Below are positions 12,101 through 26,671 of a stretch of DNA of 64,000 nucleotides, in pieces (the first letter of the stretch is position 1; every line of letters begins with the position of its first letter). This DNA comes from Auanema rhodensis (lineage: Eukaryota > Animalia > Nematoda). The notes under the pieces are model-generated. The model searched no databases, was not told the origin of the DNA, and was given only the letters and a program-made list of their open reading frames with translations. Both the position numbers and the translations under genes were made by a program. The DNA is taken from the NCBI GenBank assembly GCA_964057225.1, contig OZ059897.1:12090001-12154000 (forward strand). Direction: 5' to 3'.

Positions 12101-15100
12101 ATAGATTATAGATTTACACAAATATGTTCACTAACTATGTATATGTGATAATTGAATTGAGAAGAGAGTTGAAGAGACTTGTTTTTATTATAAAATTATA
12201 AAAAATTAAAAGATATATAAATATATATATATACATGTATATATATATATGCATAAAATAAAAAGATAAAATGATGAAATGCATGAAAGCTAGATAGATT
12301 TGAAAAAAGCTATAGAGAATCATAAAACCGCAACGATTTGCCCGATGATGAAGATAATAATGATCATGATCGCTGGAAAATCAGTGATTTGTGACACTAA
12401 CAAGACAAACCAGCTTAAGTATATGAATAATATATAAAATTAAAAAAAAATCATATAGTATTATTATTATTATTATATTTACATATACATACATATAATA
12501 AGTATATATATATATTATATTCACATATGTAATCTTCAAATTATAAAGAGAAAAAAATTTTTTTGTTTTAATTTTTAAAATAAACGTGAAAGCTGACGTG
12601 GATGACGTGATAAAGTTTCATTGAAATACAAAAATACATATGAGAAAACGGTTGGTCATCTTCAAAATAAATTCGCTTACAATGTATACATATAAATATA
12701 TTAAATATTTCAAAAAAAAAAGAAGAAAAAAAGAAAAGAAAATAGTTATGAAAGTAAAATGATGCATTTTAAGTTATTTTTTATAATTTGCTTTCGCTTC
12801 ATATAACATTTTGAACAAAATATTCTTAATATCTGTATGACTAACCAGTTTGTTTCTTCTGCTTCATAGATATTGAAGCTAGACATAAAGAAAAGGTGAG
12901 AAAAAAAGAGAAAAAGAGATGAAAGAGAAAGAGAGAGAAAGTGAGGTAATATCTATGAAAAAAAGAATAAAATTGAATAGATAACTTACCATTTAAATTA
13001 AATATATTAATAGAAAAAGAAAATGTAAAAGAATAAGAAGAAAAAGTACATCTACATGTATATATCTATGTATCTAGAGAATAGAATAAGTAAAGGAATA
13101 GTAAAATTCAATAAAAATGAAATGAAAGCAATAGGTAAACGATAGAGATGATGTACAAAAAAGAAGGATTTAACATGTATGTATGTCATTAGAAGAAAAG
13201 AAATGACGATGAGAAGAGGTTGAAGAAGGTGGTAGAGTGGGCTTTGGCCATCAATTCTATGACCTCCAGTCATCGTTATCTACGTGAGATCATTTCTTAA
13301 AAATATATTGAAGGTAGGCAGAAGTTAAATACTGTCTTTGATGATGATGATGACAGGTTAAAATAGTCAACGTTATTTCATTTCTTATTTAATAATGTCA
13401 ATAAGGAAAACGACGAGAAGAAAGCAAGATTTAGATTAAAATAAGATGAAAATGAAATAAGGATGAGAAGAAGCATAGATTATATATGCTATAAACTATA
13501 TACTATATACCAAATGTTACATAATTTAATTTAAAAAAATGGATGAAACTATTATTCTTAAAGGTTATATTAAAAAATAACTGGTTGATCAATGCGATTA
13601 AATGTCTCGAAAGCTTTCAGACAGTTAAACCAAAATCATTCCAAATCTTCTAAGCCGACAAGAAAAGTGAAAATCATATAATAAGAATTAAAAATATGTA
13701 TGTGATAGTAATGAATATAGGCATTTTCTGAGGTGAAAATGGAAGAAGCCTAGAAGACGTCATGCTGATCGTGCAAACGATCAAATGGCAACAAACGGAA
13801 TCTAACGTGCAACTGAAAAGGCATGAACGGAAGAGATTACGATGAGAAAATAAAGAAAAAATTTATGAGGGCGACAGTCTGTCAGCCGGCTTAACTTCTT
13901 CTTCTTCTTTAAGGGGGAGGCTGTGTGCAGAATGTGTAAGTCCAATTCGAAGAGGGAACTGGTTATGATGCTTCTATTCCTCATAGCATGACTGTCTCCT
14001 CTTCATTGCTTGACGTTGTATCTATCTCGCTTTGTTAGAGGAGTTAGAAGTAGAAATACGCTCAATGCTAAAGATCTTAAAAGACTGAGGAAAAGATAAG
14101 AAAAATGAAAAGTCTAAGGACAGAAATAGATAGAAGGAGAGAGAATGAGAAAGAGGAGATGACTAAGAGAGAATTATAGAAAGAAATAAAAAAAAACAAT
14201 AAATTTTTCATCAGCAAGAAAAGCCTTGTCTAAAACAAAGAAAAGATAATTTGTTGAAAACAATTGCTTTATGATACATATAATTATATTTAAAAGATGT
14301 TAAGTTGATATTATAACTTAACTTGTTGATTATCAGCTCAAATAGAAACAATAATGAAAAATGTGAACATTGAAGACTAAAAGCAAACAGTCAAACAGAG
14401 GAATAACATACATATGTATATATAAGTACTATAAGTGTACATTTATTGACACATATGTTATGTTGTTTATAATCAAATTAATTATTTTAAAATGATTTGT
14501 TATTTTAATTTGTCTAAATCTTTGAATTTTAGTTATATATGTCAATTATATTCAGAACTTAATATCATAAAATATGATATAGTATATTGTCTGAAACTAC
14601 ATAAAAGCTCTTAATGTACCGTAATGAGCAGGAAAAAAAATGAAAAAATGTTGAAATAATGGCCTACAGGGTCACGAGTTAATATCTGTTCTCTTATGTA
14701 TGTCTGTCTGAATTTGGTTGACGAATGACGAAAGATGAGCGAAAGAGCTTGTATTTCTTTTCTTTTTTGGTCGCGACTTCTCACATTCCGGTAATGAATG
14801 TGAATCGCTTACGAAAATAACCAAAAATCTGGTGAAGAGAATACAGAAAGTCTTCGAAAGACGTAAAATAAAAGAAAAAAACAACAAAACTGGCGATTTA
14901 AGAAATATATAAAAAGAATAATTAAGGTAATAATGTAGAAAGATAATAGAAAAACTATATAATATCAATGATCATTGAATAAGAACATAAAGATTTAATG
15001 AGAAAAGATTGATGATTCATTGATATTACGTGTAAAAACAATTAAAAATAGGAATATGCTAATGTATTCTGACTGTTTGTCATATATGTATAGATGTGAA

Positions 15101-18100
15101 GCGGATAAAGCTGAATGCATGATGAAGCCGGTACAGCTGACGCTCAAGCTTGTCTACCTGATGCTATCTCTCATATCTCTACCTTTCTCTTTATCTATCT
15201 TTTTCTCTCGCTCATTCTCTGTCAAGTAATATTTTGGTCTCTTATGTCGCATTTCTCTCATATAGATCGACCTCCTGAAGGCTAGCCGACGAACAAGCAA
15301 CATCCTCATCATCGGCTTGTTTGGATAAAAGCCATATATGGACAGAGCTCGGATTTACCTGAACCCAGTTATTTCCTTTGACAAGCGTCTCATATAACAG
15401 TTACACGACATAACATATAATAGTTATTGCAATAACGATCATAATAAATAAATGAAAAAGCTAAATATTAGAAAATAAAAAGAAAAAAAAGAAAAACGAA
15501 AATGGAGAAAACTGTTGTTTTAGAAAATATTCATAAGCTACTAAGCTACAATCTTTGGATGTTGAAAAGCATGTTCACATATACGTATTTACATCTATGT
15601 ACATACATACATCACTGAGCAATTTCGAAGGAAAAACTTTCTGGAAGAAAACTTAATAGATTGATAGGTGAAATATTTTTTTTTGTTGAAAAAATGTTGA
15701 AATTATTATAAATGACAAATGAAAACTAGTCAAAAATGACGTATGAAGATGTGAATTTCTTCTAAAAAAAAGCAGGTCCAAGGAGATTGGGTTGCATGAG
15801 GAAAGAAGGTGGGAAGAACTATTGAAATATGAATTGCACAACCTAAGTATAAGAAAGAAGAAAGGAATTCTATACAGTTCTAGTATTGGTGGACTAAGAG
15901 CATGTCCAGTTAAGACAAAAGACCAACAGAGAATTGAAGAAATGTGATGAAGAAAAAGAGATGAGAGATGAACAACATACATGTAATATGTGAGAAATTG
16001 ATAGAGAAAGAGAATAGAAGATTAAGCTTCCGAGAGGAATTATTCTTACCTAGGTGGACGAACGACCGGAAAATGAAAATGAATTGAAGAATCTTCATAA
16101 GCAACTAACCGTTGCTGAGGGGCACCGCTGATGAGGGACTGAACGATACCGTTCATGCACTATTCATAAGTCATCTTTTCTCCCTCAAGGACAAACAGCA
16201 GTTCTCTTTTGAGTTCGAGAGTATTAGAACCTAAAGGCGATTGCCTTAGCCATGGTACAGCTTTGCATCTTTTTCTTTTAAATTCTCTCAAACGATCTCT
16301 CAGTTACTCTATTCACTTTTTCCAATCTATTATTCGTTACATGATTTCTCTATCTAATTTCTGGAAATTGATGAAGAAATCAAAACCACTAGAGTTGATC
16401 AACATGATGAATATAAAGATAAAAAAGACAATAAAGTACGATTAGAGATGAAAAACAAAGAGAAAACGAAAAAAAAAAACGAAAATCTTCTCTTTACTCT
16501 GTACATGGGCATGTATGGCGATAACTGACAAAACGACGATGACGTTGATGAATCAGAAGCGGCAATTAGAAAATCTAATAACATGGCAATGAGGAAGATT
16601 TCTACTGACGTGAAAGAGGAATAGAATAACTAGAAACATGACTGTCAGTGCCAACGGACAGGATTAACTGTCAAATGATTGAACAGCGACGGAACTATTT
16701 AGCAAGTAGAAGACGATCTACCAGCAACCAGACTCAAGGTATGTAAGTCAGCAAGAATTCAAAATTAAGATGACAGAGACGAGCCAGTTATCCTGACAAC
16801 TACAACTATTTAAAAGGATAAGGTAAAATGAATGATGAAAAGAAAAGGATTCATAGTTTCTGATTAATCTTTGAAATTTTTGAAGTTGAAAGATGTGGAA
16901 GTACGAATTGAGGTCAAGATGCTTCTTTACATTTACCAAATATATAAAAGAAAAAGAAAGACTTAGAATGACGAAAGAGAAAAGAATTCACAAACTGAAC
17001 TGTCAAATTGAAACAAATGAAAAGTTCATGCTTATGATTGGGTCGAGGATTCAGAACTCAAGAACATGGCTGAAGAGGCTAGAGATGATGAAGAATTTTA
17101 GATGGATCATCTTGCAATGAATTGATGAAAGACGACATCGTAAGCGGGACTAAGCAAAGTAAAGTTCGAATTAGTTCCAACGACAACACAGAGCTGGAAA
17201 TGCACTAACTGGTTCTGATGTCCACGAAATGAGGAAAATGAGAACAAGGAACGTGAACAGCCAAACAGTGGCCATCGAACGGAACAGATATTCGGAATGG
17301 CTTCGTCAAGAACATAATGATAATGTAGATGTATGAATGTAATGTATGTGTGAGAAATAAAGATGTTTATCTATCTTTCTTACTCAAAGTAGAGAACTAT
17401 CTTCAGATTCTCACAGTAACAAAATTTTTTTCTGAAGGCAATGGAATACATCAAGACTAATATGAAATAGCTAGCAGATTATAGTAGATGTTTGAGAAAA
17501 TATTAAGATAAAATACAACAATTATAATAATGTATCTATGTATAATACGTATATGCAAGTTATTTTGATCCTTTTTTATACAAAAAAACAAAAACAAACA
17601 TATAGTTTATAACTTCATAGAAACATCAAACAAACGCAGTTTATAGCTTCTCGCCTTATGAAGAGTTTTAGCCATCATCAGAATATGACTACAGGTTTAT
17701 AAAGCTATTGGGTCTATAAGACTAGAAGACTTGAGAGTGATTTGATATTGGAGGAATATATGTATGGATGTATGGAAGAAGAGATGATGCAAATCAAGAC
17801 CATGCAAGAAGAAATAGCCAAAAGAAGAAGGGAGAACGGAGAATGGAGAATGGAACAGATGAACGAAAGGTTCTGATTGTGACATCTGATGAGAATTAAG
17901 AAGATATGTGAACCAATACTCAAACCATCATTCTATAGTCAAAAAGATAATTAAAATGATAATTAATCATTTATGAAATTATATAGAATTTCGATATAAT
18001 TTCAGAATAAATCTAACAAAAGGACAATTTTAATATATAAACTTTTTAAATATTAAAACTGAATATGACTAAAAGTATGAAAAGAATTACAAAAATTAAG

Positions 18101-21100
18101 AAAAAGAAATAACATAACAAACTTTGATTAATATTCGTAATAACTATGTAAAATGAATTTCATTCCTCTTTTTTTACAAAAAAAAAATGATTGGACATCA
18201 AGAAAATATGAGAATATTTAATATAACGGAAAGAAAAATGAAAACAATACAATGAAAGAATAACATTAACAGCTTATTCTATATATTCCTGTTCTTGAAA
18301 TCTCTTGACAAACATGTCGATCGATTGACCTGTCCGGTCAGAAACCTGAGGACCGCCTATTGGCAGCTAGGTTGACAAACAACACAAACCGAAAAGAACA
18401 GTCACATCAGAGCGATCAAAGGGAAATTATGGATAACGTATTATACAATTGTGTTGAGAGAAATGAGGAGAATCAAGAGAGAATAACCATAACATGAGGT
18501 AATAACATAAATAGTATTACATCTGTTGAGTGTAGACAAATATCTTAAATCTTATCCATTTTCTCTTCTTCATCTCTAGTTTTTGTTTTGTTTTTTTTCC
18601 TTAAAAAGGTCTTTATTCATTTTCTGTCATTCTCTCTACATCTTTACATGCATGTTTGTGACTCAAGTTATACCTTTGGGACCATCGTCATACTCATTCT
18701 TTCGTTTTTTTCGTCTGACTGTCTGTCTGTGGAAGGAGGGAGGTGCAGTCACCTTTCGTCATGGCCCGTTAGCCTTTGAAAAGATGGCTTGGCCACCATG
18801 CAAGAGATGAAGAGAGAAGAGAGATAAAGGTAGTAAGAGAAGGCCATGGACCAAATAACCTCTTCTGACCCTTTAGCTACCCAGCTATTCACACAAACGA
18901 ACTCACTAGTTCAATGGGAGATAAGAACATGACAATATAAGGTAAGAGAATAGATAGATAGAGAGAGCGTACGAGAGATGGAAGGATATTGAGAAGAGAG
19001 GAGGATACAGATAGAGGGAAAAAGAAAGATCGAGATTGCCAATATCGTTTTTAGAAGGATATAATAATCATCGATGGGATAGAGAGAGAATATTAGAGAG
19101 TATAGAATATAGAGAGAAAACATAGAAAAGGTAAGCAGAATGAGATGGCAAATTGTCAACATCATAATTAACAAAACCTCATTAAGAACTTTTAATTAGA
19201 AACAATCAAAAGGTTATATTCTTTGTAAAATACAATGAGAATACATTGAATAACATATACATACATACACACACACATCTATAGCCATTTTCGGAAAAAT
19301 GGGTAGATGTAGATCATGAATCACATACGATACATCACAATAGATGATAATACTCAATATCTTTAATAGTTCTGATGATGATGCTGTTGGAAAGAATACA
19401 TACAATTGAATATTCAGAAAGAACAACCATTTTTCAGAAGAAAAATAATTGTTCAAGTTCTTTACCAGAAACATAAACAGGTTGTTGCGAAGGAGTAGGT
19501 AAGTAAGATGGGTTTAACAACATTTTTCCCTCTGCAGCAATCTAACGAAGAACATATGAAATGAGAGTATGGACGAAGAACATTTGAAATAAGGTTATAG
19601 CTATATGTGACATAGTTAATCAAAAATATTTAGCAGTTTCAATCCAAAAAAAAATATATAAATGCTGTTGTGGTGACTAGAGGAATATGAGGAAAATACA
19701 GGAAGGATGAAATAGACATAAAGGTGAGAATAGGAGAGCAAGAAAGAAACAGAAAGAAAGGGGGATAGAAAGTCGAAAAGAAGAGAAAGAGAGAGGGAGA
19801 GAGGGATTGAAGAGAGAAGAGGGAAAGGACCATGACAAGGACAATAGTCGTCAGAAGAAATATTCAAGGTTGAATGGGGACACAGGCGCCTGAAGCCATC
19901 ACTTTCACCTTTTCGGCCATTTCAAAAAGAAAATTGTCTTTGAGAAAATTTATATGAGATCCATCAATTTCAGAAAACATTTAGATAAAGAGAGTGTTAA
20001 TTACACATCTTAATTCAAGAATAGATGGCAAAGAATCAAAAAACCAAAAAGATTGAAAATATGATAAAAATACAAAAATGAAATTAGAGATTTGATGCAA
20101 ATAAACAAATGAGCATTTTCTCTTCGAGGTGTAGTAATCATATATTTATATGGCTTAAGCAATCAGTTTAGTGAATAGTATAAATTAGCTAAGAAGATGT
20201 ATATTGGCTTAATCTGGTAGAAAGACGATGTTTGAGGCTGACTGACCAGTATGGAAAGATAAGTGGAGCGAAGAAAAGCCAAATCGATGATGTTTACTTA
20301 GATAGGCTTCGTTCGTCCTACCCAACGACCTGAGTTCGGCAACACTTGATATCTACCTGCTTCTACAGAAAAGGATGAAAATTGTGAATGAGGGTGAACA
20401 GAGACAGGGAGGGTAAAGGAAAGAGAAAGAAATAGAGAGAGAAAGAGAGAGAGAGTATGAGATAGAGCAGGACGAAAATAAGAGGAAGATAGAGAGAGAG
20501 AAATGCGAAAATCCAGAATGAGAAGTTGGAAGATCTCATGTTTTCAATATATGAATTCACATATGAAAATGGAGCATTATATAAGAAATTATTCAAATAT
20601 TATAGTTTAGAACACCTTTTAGTTATGAGTAAGCATCAATATAAAAGATCTTTAGAATCTTAAAATTGCAATATTTGCTTAGAAATTCCAGTATTACATT
20701 CATCTATTTGAAATTTTCACAATATTTCTTTAACTTTTGACTTACTTTTAAAATTATTAAAGTACAATCTCAATCTCTCAAAAGAATTGAAATTGACGAA
20801 AAATTCTTTGTTTTTGAAAAATTTCTTTTTTTCTCGTTTTGTTTGTTCAATATCTCACACCTTCTTAAGACTCAATAGGGTAATCATTCACTTACTTATA
20901 TATAATTATAATAATTATTTTCTATTTAATTATATTTTTAACCTCATTTTATATAAAATAAATATTCATATTTATATTTTATATATTATATACATATATA
21001 CATATAGTATAATTTATTTAACTTAATATAATGGAATGGTAGTACTGATGCTTCAACCTGATCCGATTAAGATTCACAACTATTCTGTCATCACCTTTCC

Positions 21101-21750
21101 ATTTTTTAGCTTGTTTGCTAAACACTAACCACGATCTTTTGCTTCCTTTATTTCTTTTTTAAATTTCTTCAAAACTTCAATCTTTCATCTTTTTATATGG
21201 AACGCGTTCTTTTTTTTTTGTGAAAACCAAAACCCTCAATCTCATCTAACAACCTATATTGATGCTTTTCCCCATTATTTTCCAGGTTAATTTGTTATTC
21301 AGAAAAACAATGATGATTACTAGATAACTATGTTGTAGTTCTAGATTCAACGTTTACGTCTTAAAAGTATACGTGAACTTTCACGTCAACTGATATTTAA
21401 GTTCTTTTCCACAATATAAAGATCTAAGTATTTGAGTTACCGTATTCAAAAATCATAAAACAGTATAACTATATTGCTTATGGTTATGGTTATATATAAT
21501 TATATAATATAATTTAAATTATATAACAGTTAAACTTTTTCAAAAAAAATTGAAGTTTTACCTTAAAGAATAAAATTTTTCATCATTATTCATCATAATG
21601 GCATTCTATGATTTCTAATCTTTCTAATAATGTTTTTATAGTCAATTATTATGGTAAAACGATAAGAGAAAATGGCTCATAAACCAAATATTAATTTGAA
21701 AATCAGTTTAAATTGATTTTTGTAAGCTACTGATTCCTCATTATGAAAAT

Positions 21751-22517
21751 ATGAAGTATAAAATTATTCTATTATTATTATTATTTACTAACTTATATAC
21801 ATATGGTAAATTCAAAATTATATTTTTTGAAATAAATTAATAATCTTGTATTTTGTAGTTAAGCCTGAAATTTTGAATTCTTCAAATCTAGTATTGAAAG
21901 ATGCTCCAACAAACTCATTGGCTTATTCATCAGCCTCTAACTGCTCAACACATTCAAGAGAAGTTTGTTTTTTTATGTTTATTCTTAAAAATATTATATA
22001 ATTTATAGATAGAACAAGGATGTTATGTAACATACATCTCATTTTATGGATTTGATATGGTCAATGGTATGTTTCTACCTGGGATAAACAGTTCTATATT
22101 TGATACAATCTTTTATCAAGAAAGTACTATTTGCAGGTAATTATAAAATAAGAATATATATATATTATATATTTACAGTAATTATCAATATTTACAAGAA
22201 TGTTTAAATAAAGTACCATCTGAATGTTCAACATTTGAAACACTTTCAACATTAACTCAAACAAGTCTTGATACATTTTATTATGTTAAAAAATTATCTT
22301 TAGTTGAACTATATTGTGATCATAAACCACAATGTTTGTTTATATTTTATTTATTTATTTATATAATTTTATTTATAATTTCAGTTACTGATTTTATGAT
22401 TTGTGATGAACGAATAGTTAGTAGTCATTTTCAAGAATCCGTATTTAGTAGCTGTTCAATGAATGAAAGAAATAGTTGCAGGTCATAATCTTAATTATAT
22501 ATTAATATATTTATCAT

Positions 22518-22560
<43 letters not shown>

Positions 22561-22876
22561 TATATTAAATTATTTAGATCAGTGAGTAATACGGAAACAT
22601 GTGAAAGAGGAGTTATTGTAAAAATTTGTGATAAACAACAAAGTTTAGCTGCTTATTGTCTTTATCAGCAGATTCAACATCGAATGACAGGTACTTACCA
22701 TACATACATCTAGATCTTCATTGAAATTCTTATTATTTTAATAAATAATCTTATATTTTACTTTTATAATAATTATTACAGGATGGAATCATTGTCCTAA
22801 TTTACCATGTTCATCTAGTATATCAACATTTATTTTATTAATATATTTGATTCTATATGTATTATATGTTATCTGA
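21751..22876 (+). CDS. Secreted Cys-rich protein with a C-terminal GPI-anchor-like signal; 7 exons; family not identified
   Basis: Exon 1 encodes a signal peptide (MKYKIILLLLLFTNLYTY). The exons join in frame through GT-AG introns: ..SNCSTHSRE|IEQGCYVTYISFYG..TICS|NYQYLQECLNKVPSECST..ELYCDHKPQ|FTDFMICDE..SCSMNERNSCR|SVSNTETCERGVIVKICDK..AAYCLY..|WNHCPNLPCSSSISTFILLIYLILYVLYVI*. AATAAA lies at about 22917. Confidence 0.8.
22524..22555. repeat. (TA)n microsatellite, intronic
   Basis: Read directly as an uninterrupted TA run. Confidence 0.9.
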
Positions 22877-23001
22877 TATAATATACTATAACTAATATTG
22901 TTAGTTTCTAAAGTACAATAAACTTTTCACATTTTCTTAACTAAAAAATGGCCGAAAACTAGTATCCGTCCATTTTTTGTTGGCCTGTCATTGTCCGGAC
23001 G

Positions 23002-23015
23002 ATCTTATATAAGAT
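23002..23015 (+). promoter_or_regulatory. TATA-like box (ATCTTATATAAGAT, a perfect 14-bp palindrome) of the Tyr/Gly-rich gene
   Basis: TATATAA lies about 60 nt upstream of the ATG at 23066. Confidence 0.5.
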
Positions 23016-23065
23016 GATGATCATCTCACTTCAATCAACAAATCATCTTTGGCATCGTATTCAAT

Positions 23066-23535
23066 ATGAAATCTATTTTGATCCTTGCTTTCGCTATTGC
23101 TACTACTCTTGCTTTTGGTAAGCATTTATACGACTTCATTACTAAATACATGTTGCAAGTTTAGAATTAGCTCCACATAGCCATATGGGAAAAGCTTACG
23201 GTGGATATGATTTGAAGATGCCAATCTATGCTTCCTACGAACATAATTATAATTACAGTTATTTATATCTTGCTTTAGCTTCTTTCATTCTTTGTAAGTT
23301 TGCAGGACGACCATATGCTGCTGAAGATCATGGATATTACGGATATTATCCCGGATATGAGCCAACTCATGGTATTTATGATGGATATCAAGGATACAAT
23401 GGATACAACAACTATCATAACTATATTCCCCATCCATATAAACCCATGAACAAATACCAAAGATATGGTGAAAACGAAATGAACTTATGTATCAATACTA
23501 ATTCTTTAACAGTTTCAGGTTTCCCATACTACTAA
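23066..23535 (+). CDS. Small secreted Tyr/Gly/His/Asn-rich low-complexity protein of about 107 aa
   Basis: Signal peptide MKSILILAFAIATTLAF; introns 23118-23164, 23258-23305 and 23468-23518. Mature part is ELAPHSHMGKAYGGYDLK..RRPYAAEDHGYYGYYPGYEPTHGIYDGYQGYNGYNNYHNYIPHPYKPMNKYQRYGFPYY*. AATAAA at about 23632. Confidence 0.85.
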
Positions 23536-26500
23536 GCTCAGCTCATTCTGCTGCTTATTCTCATATACGAAACGTCATTTTTAATTTTATCAATGATCAG
23601 CTTTAGCTTTTTTTGTGTTTGAATAGATACGAATAAATCTTTTCGTAATTTATTTTGTTTTCACTACTCTATATTCTACTTAAAGTAGAAGATCATATTC
23701 ATAGATCTGAATCTGAATATTTCAATTTTTTTATTGTTATTAATCAAAATAAATAAATATATATATATTTATTATATTTTATTCATTTATATAATTACAA
23801 TTGCAAACATGTATATACATACATATGTATCTATTCAAAAATTACTTTTTTCTTTTGCAATATATAAAATTCTTCATTTTTTGAAGCAAAAAAACAACAT
23901 TTATTCCAAATTTTTATTGACAAAACTTAAAAGTTTTTCTTATTCGTTTACTCCATCTTTTTGTATATGATTAATAGATAAAATAAATTACAATATATCT
24001 TGTAATTCAAAAAAAATGTTGGATTAAAATGCAAAAAACTCACATAAATTGGAGTAACTTTTACATTTTTAAAAATAGAAAAAAAAAACTGAACAAAAAT
24101 AATACAAACGTTTAGTCATAATATGTAAGAAATGAATGTCAATTGAATATTTAATTTTTTCAATTATTCAATAAGGTTCTGTGATGACTGAATAAACAAA
24201 AACTAGCTCATTTTCTCAACAAAAAAAAAGGAAGAAAAGAATGGGGAAAACGTCAAGTTCTTGTAGAAAATGATGTTAGGTCATCACAATGACATGTCAT
24301 TTTTGTTTTTACTCTCTTAATTTTCTGAACGTTATATATCTTTTACCTGAAATCTTCCTGTATTCTCTGTTATTTGTTTGAAATAGTAATAAAGTTTTTT
24401 TGTGAAAAAAAAATAAAACTATATCGGTTTAGTTGAAAAAAAGAAAATTCAATTTGAATAAGCAATTTAGTTTACAAAATATAAGATTATATTATATAAT
24501 AATGTTCTATATCTGCATAAAGTGTTCAAGATGACATGAACTTTAAAAATCGTTTGATCAATTTCAAAGTAAATTCTAAAAATATATATTCATATATTCA
24601 TTGAAAAGAAAGTATATTAAATAGCATAGTATAGTATACTATGTCATCTAATATACTTGTAAATACATATAGCTATGAGAGATGTTGCGATTGTATTATT
24701 GAGATAATGCATGTTATTTCCATTCTTCTTGTAAATGAATAGACTACATTTACTATATCTTTATATATTAAATTTCTTTCAAATAAATTAAGGAAAAGCT
24801 CTCAAAACAATTAAATCTTTTGCCTTATTGTTCTATTATGTCTGAAGATTTGATACTGATCACGTGGACTATGTGCTTCTGACGTGAAACACGTGATGAC
24901 CATTATTCAGCCTTTTGAATAATTTCAAGAACAGTTGCATGTTCTGCAATTTTTTTTCTCGTCAAAATATATGAATTTATTTTCTTTTTTTTTTTATTTT
25001 ATCAAAGTAGAATATTTTACATTTTCTTCGATAGCTATTGCAATATATCCGAAATATCTGAAGTTAAAAAATATATCCTTTTTAATTATCTGAAGAAGAA
25101 GAAGAAAAAAAAAGATCTTTGATGATTAATTTGGAATTATCTGACCTTTTTGAATTCTCATTCTTAGATATCAAATATATATTTGTATACATATATATAT
25201 ATATATATATTATCGAATTCATAAGAATAGAAACTTCATTTTTAATTTCTATTTCTAGAATTAGATACCATTTCCGAAATAATATGAATGCATCCCACAT
25301 ATATATGTATCTCATCACATCTGTCTGAACTTTTAATTAATTTAGTTTTTACTTTGATTCATAATATTTATTTGATTTTTCGATTTCATTATGTCAAACG
25401 AACATTCAATTAGAAACTATGTGGAGGAGTACAAAGTGGATGCATGATGCAAATACTTTGTGACATCGTGCAAGCCTTATGTGAGCAAGCTTTTCAATTC
25501 AGCAGGCATGTCATTTGTTTGTCAAAAGATATCCGAGATCACATCATATATGAAAAGATTGATAGGAGATAGAAGTTTTAAGTTTTATGAACTTGTATGA
25601 CGATAATAATGATAATTTAAGAGAAATTAAACTATTTAGTCTATTTTTCACTTTTTCGCCTTGTTCTTCGTCTTCGTCGTCGTCTATTCCAATATTATGT
25701 CAAACAATTTTTATTATAATTTTGAGTTGTTTCTTCATTATCATACGTACATACATATCTATTTTAGATTCTTAATATATATGTATATATGTATATATTA
25801 CATCACTTTTTAAAGACTATTTGCTCATTAATTTTGATATTTTGAGACAATTGTTTCGACACATAACATTCAAATGAAAGACTAAAAAAGAAATTCTTTT
25901 TTTGTTTCGTGATTATCTTTCGTATGTTCCTTTAGATGAGAAAAGCTTACATTTCTATTTATAGTGTCATTCTATAAATTCGTTAAAAGAGTTCGTTGAC
26001 AGCTGTGGCACATGGGTTAACCTCTAACGACATAAGATCTTCTTTAGTTTATCTATTCATCCCTTCCTTTTTCAACTGTTTAACATTCTAAATCTTTTTC
26101 GTTCGTTTATCTGTATTTGAATGATGTCTCTAGAAACACTATGACTCAATATGTTTTTCTCTTAAATGCTTTTTCAACACCTATCTCATTATCTATGCTT
26201 TAAACTTTTTTCTTTGATTTTCTCTATTTTTCTTCAAAACTTTTGCCGTCTGTTGCTTCCGTATCGTTCAGAAACTTTAAACATTATTGGGTTAGAAAAG
26301 TTACCACGTCATCATCACTATGTGTAGGAGAGAGATGAGGAGAGTGGAAATAAGGGCGTTGTGACGTCAAACATGCGCTTCACTAAGCCTTACATACCAA
26401 AGTAAAAATGCTACTTAATGCTATTCTAAGCTATTTTTTATCGAATTTGAAATCTTTAGTTATATTTAGTGAGAGCTATTTTACAATTCGTTTCGAAATT

Positions 26501-26662
26501 TAGTAATCTTCCTCAACTGACTGACGCATTATTTAATGGGCTTTTTCACAATTAGTCAAACCCACCCCCGTCCTATTTCGAGATGAAATGGCAAGTAAAG
26601 AGTAGATGAGAAGTAGAAAAGACAATGAAAGGGTGAAACAGATAAAGAAGGGTTGGTGAGAA

Positions 26663-26671
26663 AGAGAGAGG

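Noticed and set aside
9440-20596. Many 60-110 aa minus-strand F/L/S-rich ORFs, including a poly-His ORF at 9440-9637
   Set aside because: By-products of CT-rich strand skew and a (GAT)n repeat; no splice-consistent model or domain.
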